Source of the DNA: a virus | Direction: 5' to 3' (one strand) | DNA length: 64,000 nt | Virus record (IMG/VR): IMGVR_UViG_3300035704_000393 | Location: 9,677 to 73,676 of that record | In this document: positions 26,810 to 36,045 of the stretch, piece by piece | Position numbering within the stretch: the stretch's first letter is position 1 | Layout: every line of letters begins with the position of its first letter | Notes under the pieces: generated by a model | Database searches by the model: none | What the model was told of the DNA's origin: nothing | Seen by the model: the letters and a program-made list of their open reading frames with translations, nothing else | Position numbers and translations under genes: made by a program

Positions 26810-29800
26810 GTGCCCTACACCACCGCTGGCGGCTGGGCCAGCCTCGACCTGGCCGGCCCGCCGCCCGACCTCACCGGGTGGCTAACCGGCGCCGCCGCGA
26901 TACCCGGCAGGCCCTGGCACGTGGTGATCGAGAACCACCCCGGCTGCACGCCCGACAAGCCGCATGGCATCGTGGCCGGCGGCGAGCGGCTGCTCGCCTG
27001 CCACGCCACCCCCGAAGAGGCCCGGGCGATCGCCGAGAAGCTCGACCTGTCCGAACCATCCGGCGTCGGCGACAGCAGCACCGGCGGGACCAGCGCGGCG
27101 TTCGACCCGGCCAGGCACCCGCGGATCGAGCACGGCCACGGCGGCGGCGAGTTCACCCACAACCCGTTCGGCATCCCCGCGCCGACCCCCGGCACCGCCG
27201 GGCACCTGCACGACGGGATCACCGACCCGCCCCCGTCTCAGGCGCTGAAAATGAAGGGCGCGTTCACCCTCGCCGGCCTCGGCCCGGACGACAAGCTGCT
27301 CGGCAAGGTCAACGCCAAGCTCACCCGGCCGCTGATGGGCGCCGGCCCGAACAAGGGGAAAGTCCGCCGCCCCGCCGTCCCGCCCTACCGGCAGTCCGTC
27401 ACGAAAACCTCCGCCGCGATGATGGCCCTGATCGAACAGCAGGGCACCCTCGAAGAGGGCAAGAAGTGGTACCCCGACGAGCACGAGATGAACCACCGCC
27501 GGGCGCTGGCCTACCACGTCCCGATCGACCGCGCGATCGGCGTCGAAGCCGCCACCTGCCCCCGCGTCCAGTGGATCATCAACCAGCGGGTCACCAACGA
27601 GCTGCTGGACGAGGTACCCAAAGCCGGCCGCACCATCGAGAAGATCAAGATCGCCCACCACTTCGGCGGCGGCGTCATGGCCAGCTTCCGCGACGAGGGC
27701 GTCGACATCATCCTGAACGGCGACGTCGACCACGTGCTCGGCGGCACCAAACGCCGCAACTTCTACAACAACATCATGTGGCCCGGGCAGACCGATTCGG
27801 TCACCGTCGACACGTGGATGCTCCAGGCCCTCAAGCCGCTCGGCCTGAACGACCAGCAGGCAATGGCGCTCGGCGAGCAGTCCGTGGCCGGGCTGGCCGA
27901 CGGGCTCGGCAAGGTCATCGTCGCCGACGCGCTCCGCGACGCCACCGCCCGCTACCGCGCGCAGGGCGTCGACATCACCCCCGACGGCGTGCAGGCCGCC
28001 GCCTGGATCGCGATCCAGAAGCAGCTCGGCCTGTCCGACCCCTCCGCCCACGACAACCCCCGCGACACCGCCTACATGCTGCACGCCGCGTTCCGCAGCG
28101 AGCTGCACCCCCGCACCGGCAAGGGCCAGAAGGGCGCCGGCGAGTTCGCCAGGCTGGAGCTAGGCGGCGGCGGCAGGCACACCGGCCCGGGCTCGTTTGA
28201 GCACATCCGCTCGATCGAGCACCTCGCCGACGAGATCGACACCGCCAACCTGGCCGGCGGCGGCGGCCGGTCCGAGACCGCAGCCGCGCTGCGGAACGTG
28301 GCCCGGCACGTCGGCCTGCGGCAGGTCGACGTGGCCAGGCAGCACATGGCGGTCGCCCTGGCCGCCGCGAAACGCGACAAGCTAGGCGACCTCCAGATGC
28401 GCGACCTGCGCGCCATTGCCGCAAGCCTGGACAACATCCCCAAGGGCACCTACCCCGAGCCCGGGTTCGGCGAGCGCGCCAAGGACGAGGAAGCGCCCCC
28501 GTCGATCCAGCGGCACCGCCGCCAGGGGCCGGGCTACTTCCCCTCCCGGGTCCACCAGGCGGCAGCCCAGCCGGACCCGGACGACGACGGCGGCGAGCTG
28601 ACCGACGACCAGTGGGACGCCGAGCTGCTGCTCCAGTACCTGGAGTGGCTCGCCGAAGCGGTCCCCGGCGGCGTCGACCTCGGCTCGCCCGGCTCCGCCC
28701 GCCTCACCGGCGGGCTGGCCGCGGACAACCCGGCCGCCTGGAAACTCGCCCTCGCAGACCCACGTTTCGGGAGGCTCGGCATGACCACCGCCCAGGCCAG
28801 GCAGGCCGCCCGCGGCACCGCGCCGCCACCGCCAGCCGCACCGCAGGCCGCCTGGAACCCGCTGAGGCACCCGCGTAACAAGCAAGGCGAATGGACCGCG
28901 GACGGCGCCGCCAAAGACATCGCGACGTCGGCGAAGTCCGTACACCCGAACGTCTGGAACATGGGCGGGGGCGGCGCCGTCGACGCCCTGCACCGCGGCG
29001 ACCTGCGCGAAGCCCAGGCCAACCTGGCCCGCGCCCGCGACTTCGCCGCGCTCACCCACCGCGACCAGGACCAGGCGGTGATGCAACGGCACCTCGATGC
29101 CGTCACCGAGCACCTCAAGACACCCGCCCAGCGGGTCGCCGAGATGGAGCAGGCAGACAAGCCGCTGATCAACCGGGCCGAGGTCACCGCCGAGCCGAAC
29201 TACCCCGGGTCGGCCGCCAAGAATGTCCACGACAGCGACGGCAACCTCGTCGGCATGGTGTTCCCGCACCCGGACGGCAAGGGCGGCTACCAGGCCACCG
29301 ACGATCAGGGCGCCAAGATCGGACTAGACCGGATGCCAAGTGAGGACGCGGCTATCGGCGAGGTGGTCGCCGAGCGGAACCGCAAGCAGCTGACCGCCGC
29401 CGCCGCCAGCCAGCCCGCCGGCCCGGTCACCGTCCGGGAGAACCACCCGGAATGCCCGGCGCACGCCCCGCACGGCACCGTCGACTCCCGCACCGGCGAG
29501 CTGGTCATGTGCCACCGCACCAAGGACCAGGCCCAGGACCTGGCGCTCACCCTGAATTTCCCCGACGCCACCCCGGTCACGCCCGGCGCCGTCATGCAGG
29601 TCGGTGCGGCCAAGGGCGGCTTCCGGGAGGACCTGCACCCGCGCCGCGGACGCGGCAAGGGCGGCGGGGAGTTCGCCCCCAAGGGCCAGGGCGGCGGGCA
29701 GCCCGCCAGCCAGCGCACCCTCCAGCGGCGGCGGCAGGCCGAGGTCCGGCGGCACCCCGGCAGCCCGCCGGCCAGGCCCGGGCAGCCCCCGCCCGGCGCC

Positions 29801-30181
29801 GCTGGGATGATGGCCGCCCCGCAGGCCCAGCTTGCCGCAGCCGACCTGTCCCGGCTGATCAGCGATCAGGTCGCCCAGGCCACCGACCGGCTCTCCCGCG
29901 AACAGCACGAGCAGCTCCGCGAGGTCAGGGCCGAACTGGAGCGCAGCCAGGCCGAGCTGGCCGAGCTGCACAAGACCGAAGCCAAAACAGAGGAAGCGGC
30001 CAAGGAAAAAGGCAAGACCGTCCGCAAGCTGATCCACCACGTCCTCGCCCTGGCGGCCGTCGCTGTCCTGACGTTCATCGGGGTCAAGACCGGCAACCTG
30101 GAGAACCCGATGTTCGCTGGCCTGGCCGCCACCGGCCCCCTGTTCCTCCAGGAGGCCCTCGACGCGGTGAAGCGGGTCTGA
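26810..30181 (+). CDS. Head-cargo polyprotein 3 (1123 aa): duplicated ENHPxC...CH mini-domain, HhH-glycosylase-like (DUF7178-like) domain, coiled coil, C-terminal TM hairpin
   Basis: GGGAGG RBS plus GTG; GKKWY...AATCPRVQW...KRRNFYNNI...VTVDTWM...TPDGVQAAAW; four tag motifs. Confidence 0.7.
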   Translation: MPYTTAGGWASLDLAGPPPDLTGWLTGAAAIPGRPWHVVIENHPGCTPDKPHGIVAGGERLLACHATPEEARAIAEKLDLSEPSGVGDSSTGGTSAAFDPARHPRIEHGHGGGEFTHNPFGIPAPTPGTAGHLHDGITDPPPSQALKMKGAFTLAGLGPDDKLLGKVNAKLTRPLMGAGPNKGKVRRPAVPPYRQSVTKTSAAMMALIEQQGTLEEGKKWYPDEHEMNHRRALAYHVPIDRAIGVEAATCPRVQWIINQRVTNELLDEVPKAGRTIEKIKIAHHFGGGVMASFRDEGVDIILNGDVDHVLGGTKRRNFYNNIMWPGQTDSVTVDTWMLQALKPLGLNDQQAMALGEQSVAGLADGLGKVIVADALRDATARYRAQGVDITPDGVQAAAWIAIQKQLGLSDPSAHDNPRDTAYMLHAAFRSELHPRTGKGQKGAGEFARLELGGGGRHTGPGSFEHIRSIEHLADEIDTANLAGGGGRSETAAALRNVARHVGLRQVDVARQHMAVALAAAKRDKLGDLQMRDLRAIAASLDNIPKGTYPEPGFGERAKDEEAPPSIQRHRRQGPGYFPSRVHQAAAQPDPDDDGGELTDDQWDAELLLQYLEWLAEAVPGGVDLGSPGSARLTGGLAADNPAAWKLALADPRFGRLGMTTAQARQAARGTAPPPPAAPQAAWNPLRHPRNKQGEWTADGAAKDIATSAKSVHPNVWNMGGGGAVDALHRGDLREAQANLARARDFAALTHRDQDQAVMQRHLDAVTEHLKTPAQRVAEMEQADKPLINRAEVTAEPNYPGSAAKNVHDSDGNLVGMVFPHPDGKGGYQATDDQGAKIGLDRMPSEDAAIGEVVAERNRKQLTAAAASQPAGPVTVRENHPECPAHAPHGTVDSRTGELVMCHRTKDQAQDLALTLNFPDATPVTPGAVMQVGAAKGGFREDLHPRRGRGKGGGEFAPKGQGGGQPASQRTLQRRRQAEVRRHPGSPPARPGQPPPGAAGMMAAPQAQLAAADLSRLISDQVAQATDRLSREQHEQLREVRAELERSQAELAELHKTEAKTEEAAKEKGKTVRKLIHHVLALAAVAVLTFIGVKTGNLENPMFAGLAATGPLFLQEALDAVKRV

Positions 30182-33100
30182 TGGCCGCCGCACCGCCCCC
30201 GGCCGACCAGGCGAAGGCCGCGGCGGGACTCCTGAAGCTGTTCACCGGCGCAGGCGCCAGCCAGGCCGACGCGCAGGCCGCCGCCGACCACTACGTCGCC
30301 GCAGCCGAGAAGATGATCACCTCCGGCGACTACGCGCTCCCGGCTGGCGGTGCCAGCACCGCCGCGGCCTGGAACCCGGCCGCGCACCCGCGCGCCCCGG
30401 CCGGCGGCCCGGCCGGCGGTCAGTTCGCCCCCGGCGGCACCGGAGCGGCGCCGACCAACGCCAAGCCGGTCGGCGAGGGCGCCAAGGGGCCGCAGGTCCG
30501 CCAGCTCCAGGCCCGCCTCAAGGCGCTCGGCTACAACATCGCCGTCGACGGCATCTTCGGCCCGCAAACCCTCGCCGCGGTCAGGCAGTTCCAGGCCAGC
30601 CACCTGGACGCCAACGGCAAGCAGCTGAAAGAAGACGGCCTGGTCGGCCCCCTGACGACCAGCGCGCTCCGGCAGAAAACCCCCGCCAAGTCCGGCGCCA
30701 AGGGCCGGACCTCCAAGACCGGCGGCACCACGAAGACGAGGACGACGCCGAAGCCCGGGACCGCCAGGACGACCACAGGCAAGAAGACCACAGGCAAGAA
30801 GTCCCCCACCACGGCCAGAGCGATCACCCGGGGCAAGGCGCAGATCGCCAAGACCGCCAAGACGAAGACGACCAGCCCGGCCACGACCGGCGTGGCCGCC
30901 AACGACGTCCCCGGGTCGGTCACCAAGCCGCAGCAGGCCGCGGTCACCAACGAGCTGACGCTCCGCAAGATCCCCCCGGCCCAGGCCCAGGCGTTCAAAG
31001 CCGACCTGACCCGCCTGTCCCGCAACGACGCCACCGCGCTGCTGGCCTACATCCGGAACACCTACACCTTCGCCAGCGCACCCTCCGGCGACGTGTCGGC
31101 GCTGTCCGGCTTTGACGAGAACGAGACCCGCGACACCCACGGCCGGTGGACTACCGCCGAAGGCGGCCCCGGCTCCCCGGCCGCCCGGCTCCACGGCAAG
31201 CAGGTGCGCGGCCACACCCCCGAAGGCAACGACGTCCGCGGCCGGTACGACCACAACACCAAGGAAGTCCTTGACCGGTTCGGCGGCCGGCACAAGGTCA
31301 CCCGGGTCCGGGAAGAAGACCCGGTGTCCGCCGCTGGCGGCCAGTCCAACCGGGGTAACGCCGAGACCCTGCACCGCTACTGGGGCACCGGTGAAGGCGC
31401 CGCGAAGATCCGGTGGGGCACTGACGGGGACCACATGCGGTGCGTCCGCCAGCTCATGGAGCACGGCCACTTCACCGAAGAACAGGCCCACGGCTACTGC
31501 AACTTGATGGAAAAGCGGGTCACCGGCGAATACCCCGCCCAGCACGCCCACCGGGAGAAGGCCGCCGCCGGTGACACCCCGGCCGGCCTGCCCGCGCTGG
31601 TCACCATCCCCGGCGTGGACATCCTCGCGGCCGGCACCTGGGCCTTGTCGACCGGCAGGCAGACGTTCACCGCCGCCGACCTCCAGTCCGCCATCGACGC
31701 GTCCGAATGCCCCGCCGTCGGGCAGCCGGTGATCAAGATCGGCCACCTGGACCCGCGGTTCGCGCCGCAGCCCGAGCACGACGGCGAACCCGCCATCGGC
31801 CGGGTGATGAACCTGCGGCTGTCCGGCAACGGCGCCAAGATCGTCGGCGACCTGGCCGGGATGCCCGGCTGGCTCGCCGGCATCGCAGCGTCCGCCTTCC
31901 CCCGCCGCAGCGTGGAGGGCAAATACAGGTTCAGGTGCCAAATCGGGCATCAGCACCCCTTCGTGCTGACCGGCCTCGCCCTACTGGGCGTCACCCCACC
32001 CGGCGTCGGCGTGCTATCCGGCCTGCCGGACGTCGCAACCCTTTACGGCCTCACCGCCGCTGCCGCGCAGGCGGGCCAGGCGTGGCGCACCGAGCAGGAC
32101 CAGGAAGGAACCGTGATGGCCGTCACCGAAGAGGATGTCCGGCGGCAGTACTACGCCACCGCCGGCGCTCCCCAGTCTTGGTGGATCACCGAACTCCAGA
32201 TGTTCCCGCCGCAGCTGATCGTCGCCGACGAGCAGTCCGGCAAGATCTACCGCGTCGGATACCGCATCGACGGGTCCGCCGTCGCGTTCGACCAGGCCCA
32301 GGAGGTGGCCTCCTACGCCGACGTCGCCGCTGCCCGCGGCACCGGCCCGGTCGTCGCCTACGCCTCCGCGGCCGACTCCCGGGCCGTGATCCTGGCCGCC
32401 TGGGACGGCGCCGCAGCGGTCCGCCAGCTCGGCGACAACCCCTCCAGCGGCACGCTCAGGGCCATGTTCGCGATCCCCGGCACAACCAAGTCCGACAGCT
32501 CCCTGCCCCACCACGACGTGTCCGGCGGGAAGGTCGGCGCGGCCAACCCGGACGCCTGCTCCGCCGCGATCGCCGCGCTGAACGGCGGCCGGGGCGGCAT
32601 GAAGGGCGTCTCCGCGTCGCAGGCCAAGGCCGCCTACAGCCACCTGGCCTCACACCTGCGCACCGCCGGCCGGACCCCGCCCGACTTCTCCGGCGCCCAG
32701 GACGGCGACGGCGACGGCGTGGACTGGCAGACCGAGCCGGCCGAGCAGATCGGCTGGCAGTTCGCCTACATCGCCGCGACCTACGGCGGGCAGGACCCGC
32801 CCGGCGCAGAACCGGACGGCGGCCAGGAGCCCGGCACCGAACTGGAGCCGGGCTCTCTTGCTGCCCGGTGGCAGCGGCTCCTGGAGATCCGCGCCGCGGC
32901 CACCGACACCGACGCCGACGACACGGTGCAGGGCCTGGTCGCCAGCCTCGACGCCACCCTCGACCAGGCCGCCGCCCTGGCCGGCCAGGTCGACCCCAAG
33001 GCGGTCCCCGAAGCCGCCGGGCAGGTCCTCGCCCTCGTCGTCGCGGCGGAGGCCCTGGTCGACCAGCTGATGGACAAGCTCGGCATCTACGACCCCGACG

Positions 33101-33945
33101 ACACCGACAGCGACACCAGCGCCGCCGCCGAGCCCGACGAGGACGGCGGCGAGGGCGTGGCCGCAGCCGGGGACACGGTGCACGAGCCGATCCACGGCAA
33201 CTTCGACGGGTCCCACTCCCACCCGCACCGCGCGTACGGCACGCAGGGCTCCGACGAGACCCACGAGCACAAGCACACCCACTCCGGCGACGGCCGGCAC
33301 GATCACGCGCACGCAGAAACCCAAGCCGCAGCAGACGCGGCGGCCACCCAAGAAGAAGGGAACCCGGGCATGGGCTACGAGTTCACGACAGCACAGATGG
33401 CCGCGATCCGTGCGCGGCTCGGCAAGCAGGAAGGAGAGGAAGTCGCCGCCGGCGACATCGCCGCCGTGTTCGGCGCGCCGCAGCCCCCGTGGCCGGTCCA
33501 GGCCGCCGCGGCAGGCACCAGCGGCGACGGCCCGGTCGAGGTCCCGGTCATCGCCGACGGCGTGCACCTGGTCGAGGCCAACATCCTCCGCAAGTACCAG
33601 GAGGAAGCCCTCGCCGGCCAGCGGGCCGTCCGCGCCATGCACGTCGCCCAGCGCGACGGCATCCTCGCCGCGGCGATCAAGGACGGCAAGTTCGCGCAGT
33701 CCCGGCTGGAGCACTTCCAGACGCTGTGGGACCGGGACCCGGACGGCACCCGCAAGCTCGTCGCCAGCCTCGCCGGCGGGCTGGTCCCGATGGCCGCGGT
33801 GGGGTCCAACGGCGACTGGGCCAGCGACCCGGACATGCCCGGCGACTTCGACGCGCAGAGGGCGTACCGGGACCTGTACCCGGAAGACACGCAGGGCGGC
33901 GTCAGCCCCGCTCCGGGCGTGAGGGGCGGCGCCTACAGTGGCTGA
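30181..33945 (+). CDS. Prohead protease/scaffold polyprotein (1254 aa): PG-binding domain, Lys/Thr-rich segment, Mu gpI-like protease, His-rich loop, C-terminal scaffold
   Basis: TGATG overlap. PG-binding: VRQLQARL...VDGIFGPQTLAAVRQFQ...DGLVGPLT. Protease: VIKIGH...GEPAIGRV...FPRRSVEG...LTGLALLGVTPP. Scaffold: AAIKDGKF. Confidence 0.8.
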   Translation: MAAAPPPADQAKAAAGLLKLFTGAGASQADAQAAADHYVAAAEKMITSGDYALPAGGASTAAAWNPAAHPRAPAGGPAGGQFAPGGTGAAPTNAKPVGEGAKGPQVRQLQARLKALGYNIAVDGIFGPQTLAAVRQFQASHLDANGKQLKEDGLVGPLTTSALRQKTPAKSGAKGRTSKTGGTTKTRTTPKPGTARTTTGKKTTGKKSPTTARAITRGKAQIAKTAKTKTTSPATTGVAANDVPGSVTKPQQAAVTNELTLRKIPPAQAQAFKADLTRLSRNDATALLAYIRNTYTFASAPSGDVSALSGFDENETRDTHGRWTTAEGGPGSPAARLHGKQVRGHTPEGNDVRGRYDHNTKEVLDRFGGRHKVTRVREEDPVSAAGGQSNRGNAETLHRYWGTGEGAAKIRWGTDGDHMRCVRQLMEHGHFTEEQAHGYCNLMEKRVTGEYPAQHAHREKAAAGDTPAGLPALVTIPGVDILAAGTWALSTGRQTFTAADLQSAIDASECPAVGQPVIKIGHLDPRFAPQPEHDGEPAIGRVMNLRLSGNGAKIVGDLAGMPGWLAGIAASAFPRRSVEGKYRFRCQIGHQHPFVLTGLALLGVTPPGVGVLSGLPDVATLYGLTAAAAQAGQAWRTEQDQEGTVMAVTEEDVRRQYYATAGAPQSWWITELQMFPPQLIVADEQSGKIYRVGYRIDGSAVAFDQAQEVASYADVAAARGTGPVVAYASAADSRAVILAAWDGAAAVRQLGDNPSSGTLRAMFAIPGTTKSDSSLPHHDVSGGKVGAANPDACSAAIAALNGGRGGMKGVSASQAKAAYSHLASHLRTAGRTPPDFSGAQDGDGDGVDWQTEPAEQIGWQFAYIAATYGGQDPPGAEPDGGQEPGTELEPGSLAARWQRLLEIRAAATDTDADDTVQGLVASLDATLDQAAALAGQVDPKAVPEAAGQVLALVVAAEALVDQLMDKLGIYDPDDTDSDTSAAAEPDEDGGEGVAAAGDTVHEPIHGNFDGSHSHPHRAYGTQGSDETHEHKHTHSGDGRHDHAHAETQAAADAAATQEEGNPGMGYEFTTAQMAAIRARLGKQEGEEVAAGDIAAVFGAPQPPWPVQAAAAGTSGDGPVEVPVIADGVHLVEANILRKYQEEALAGQRAVRAMHVAQRDGILAAAIKDGKFAQSRLEHFQTLWDRDPDGTRKLVASLAGGLVPMAAVGSNGDWASDPDMPGDFDAQRAYRDLYPEDTQGGVSPAPGVRGGAYSG

Positions 33946-34315
33946 CTACGCCCCCGTCTACGGCCGGCCCCAGCAGGTCAGCTTCACCGCGGGCGCGGCC
34001 ATCACCGGCGGCCAGCTGCTGTCGTTCTCGGCTGCCGACACCGTGATACCGGCCGCGAACAACGCCGCCAACTACGCGGGCGTCGCCGGCCACGACGCGG
34101 CCTCCGGCGCCCCGGTCACCGTGCTGATGGGTTCCGGTGTCGTGCACGAGACGCTGGCCACCGCCGCCACCGCGGCCGGCGCGCTCGTGTTCGCCGGGTC
34201 GGCAACCGCCGGCCAGCTCGGCGCCACCAGCACCGGCTACGGCGCGGTCGGCGTGGCCGTCCGCGCCACCGCAGGCGCCAACGGGCTGCTGCGGTGGAAG
34301 GCCCTGGTGGGGTGA
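33938..34315 (+). CDS. Capsid decoration/cement protein (DUF2190-like), copy 1
   Basis: MADYxPxY...TAGAAITGGQL...GVAGHDAASGAPVTV; position between scaffold and capsid. Confidence 0.8.
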   Translation: MADYAPVYGRPQQVSFTAGAAITGGQLLSFSAADTVIPAANNAANYAGVAGHDAASGAPVTVLMGSGVVHETLATAATAAGALVFAGSATAGQLGATSTGYGAVGVAVRATAGANGLLRWKALVG

Positions 34316-34318
34316 GCC

Positions 34319-34693
34319 GTGGCCGACTACGAAGCGACATACGGCCGCCCGCAGCACCTCCAGGCCACGGCCGGGGCAGCCATCACCGGCGGGCAGGTGC
34401 TCGTCTACTCCGCCGCTGACACGGTGATCCCGGCCGCCGGGGCCTCGTCCGCGTTCGCCGGCGTGGCCGGCCACGACGCGGCGAACGGCGCCCCGGTCAC
34501 CATCCTGGCGGGCTCGGGGATCGTGCACGAGACCCAGACCACCGCCGCGGCGGTCGCCGTCGGGGCGCTGATCCAGTCCGCCGCAGGGGGCCTGGTAACC
34601 GGCGGCGCCGCGGCCGGCGCTGAGATCGGCGTCGCGATCCGGGCGGTGTCAGGTTCCGGCGGGGTCCTCCGCTGGAAGTCCACCAGGGGCTAG
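34319..34693 (+). CDS. Capsid decoration/cement protein, copy 2
   Basis: Close paralog of copy 1. Confidence 0.8.
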   Translation: MADYEATYGRPQHLQATAGAAITGGQVLVYSAADTVIPAAGASSAFAGVAGHDAANGAPVTILAGSGIVHETQTTAAAVAVGALIQSAAGGLVTGGAAAGAEIGVAIRAVSGSGGVLRWKSTRG

Positions 34694-34697
34694 GCCG

Positions 34698-35417
34698 GTG
34701 GCTGACTACGCGCCGGCCTACGGCCGGCCGCAGGACGTTACCTTCACCGCCGACGCCACCATCACCGGCGGGCAGCTGCTGTATTTCAGTGCGGCTGACC
34801 GGGTATCGCCGACCACCGGGCCGACCGCCGCGTTCGCCGGGATCGCCGGTCACGACGCCACGCCCGGCGCTCCGGTCACGGTGCTCGCCGGCTCCGGTGT
34901 CGTGCACGAGACACCCACGGCCGCGCAGCTGAACGCGCCGGCCCAGCCCGTCCCGACCACGGCCGCGGCCGGCGGCACAGTCGCGGACGGCACCTACAAG
35001 GTGGCGGTCTCCTACGTCACCGCCTCCGGTGAGACCACCGCCTCAACCCAGGGCACGATCGTGACGGCGGGCGGCGGCACGTCCACGATCACCGTCCCCT
35101 CACCCTCGGCGCAGCCCGGCGCGACCGGGTGGTTCGCCTACGTCTCCCAGGCTGGCGGCTCCACCCTGACCCGCCAGCAGGCCCCCGGAGCGCCGACGAA
35201 CATCGGCACCGGCCTGACCCTGACCGCGCCGCCCACCTCGGGCGGCGCCCAGCCGCCCGCGGGCAACACGACCGGGATCACCCCCGGCGAGCTTGTCTCG
35301 GCCGCAGCCAGCGGCCAGATCGCCGGCACCACCGCAGCCGGGATGGACATCGGCGTCGCCATCCGCGCCAGCCCCGCAGCCGGCGGGCTCGTCCGGTGGA
35401 AAACCACCCGCGGCTAG
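34698..35417 (+). CDS. Capsid decoration/cement protein, copy 3, with inserted FN3/Ig-like domain
   Basis: Paralogous N- and C-termini flank a ~115-aa insert (GGTVADGTYKVAVSYVTASGET...GATGWFAYVS). Confidence 0.8.
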   Translation: MADYAPAYGRPQDVTFTADATITGGQLLYFSAADRVSPTTGPTAAFAGIAGHDATPGAPVTVLAGSGVVHETPTAAQLNAPAQPVPTTAAAGGTVADGTYKVAVSYVTASGETTASTQGTIVTAGGGTSTITVPSPSAQPGATGWFAYVSQAGGSTLTRQQAPGAPTNIGTGLTLTAPPTSGGAQPPAGNTTGITPGELVSAAASGQIAGTTAAGMDIGVAIRASPAAGGLVRWKTTRG

Positions 35418-35527
35418 CGCCGGGACCCCCCGGGCTACATGGATACCCGGGCGCCCCGGCTGGGGCGCAAGCGCCATGCTCGCCGCTCACCCGTAACCCC
35501 GAACCCTAGCAAGCCGCGGGAGGCCCG

Positions 35528-35929
35528 GTGCCCGACTACACGCCGGTATTCCTCCCCGGCCTGACCATCACCCTCATCGCCGCCGCCGGCCTGACCGGCG
35601 GCGACCCGGTGGAAGTCGGCGGGTCCGGAACCGTCCAGAAGGTCACCGCCGCCGGGTCGATGCGGTACGTCGGCATTGCCGCCCACGACGCCATCGCCGG
35701 CTACCAGGTCACCGTGATCCTCGACCGGGCGGTGCACGAGGGCGCCGCCGACGGACCCATCAACGCCGGCGACCAGCTCGCCGCCTCACCCAGAGCCGGC
35801 CACCAGGTCACCCAGCTGCCCGCCGCGCTCACCGCCGCCGCGGCGGACGTCAACCTGGCCCGCGCCGTCATCGGCGTGGCCCTGACCTCCGCGGCCGACG
35901 GCACCACCGTCCGCTGGATGCAGCGGTAA
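35528..35929 (+). CDS. Capsid decoration/cement protein, copy 4 (divergent)
   Basis: GGGAGG RBS; MPDYTPVF...LTGGDPV...GIAAHDA...IGVALTSAADG. Confidence 0.8.
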   Translation: MPDYTPVFLPGLTITLIAAAGLTGGDPVEVGGSGTVQKVTAAGSMRYVGIAAHDAIAGYQVTVILDRAVHEGAADGPINAGDQLAASPRAGHQVTQLPAALTAAAADVNLARAVIGVALTSAADGTTVRWMQR

Positions 35930-36045
35930 CCCCCCACCCGCACAACGAGCCAACCACAGGCCCGCCCGGGCCTGCGGGCTGCACTGATACCCCACCGCGC
36001 CGGGGGTCGGCAGGCACATTCCCTCACGAAAGGAAATGACGGGAA

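Noticed and set aside
18176-31152. Repeated tag motifs as a CRISPR array or DGR-type repeats
   Set aside because: Spacing is irregular and kb-scale, conservation is mainly at protein level, and no cas or reverse transcriptase gene is present.
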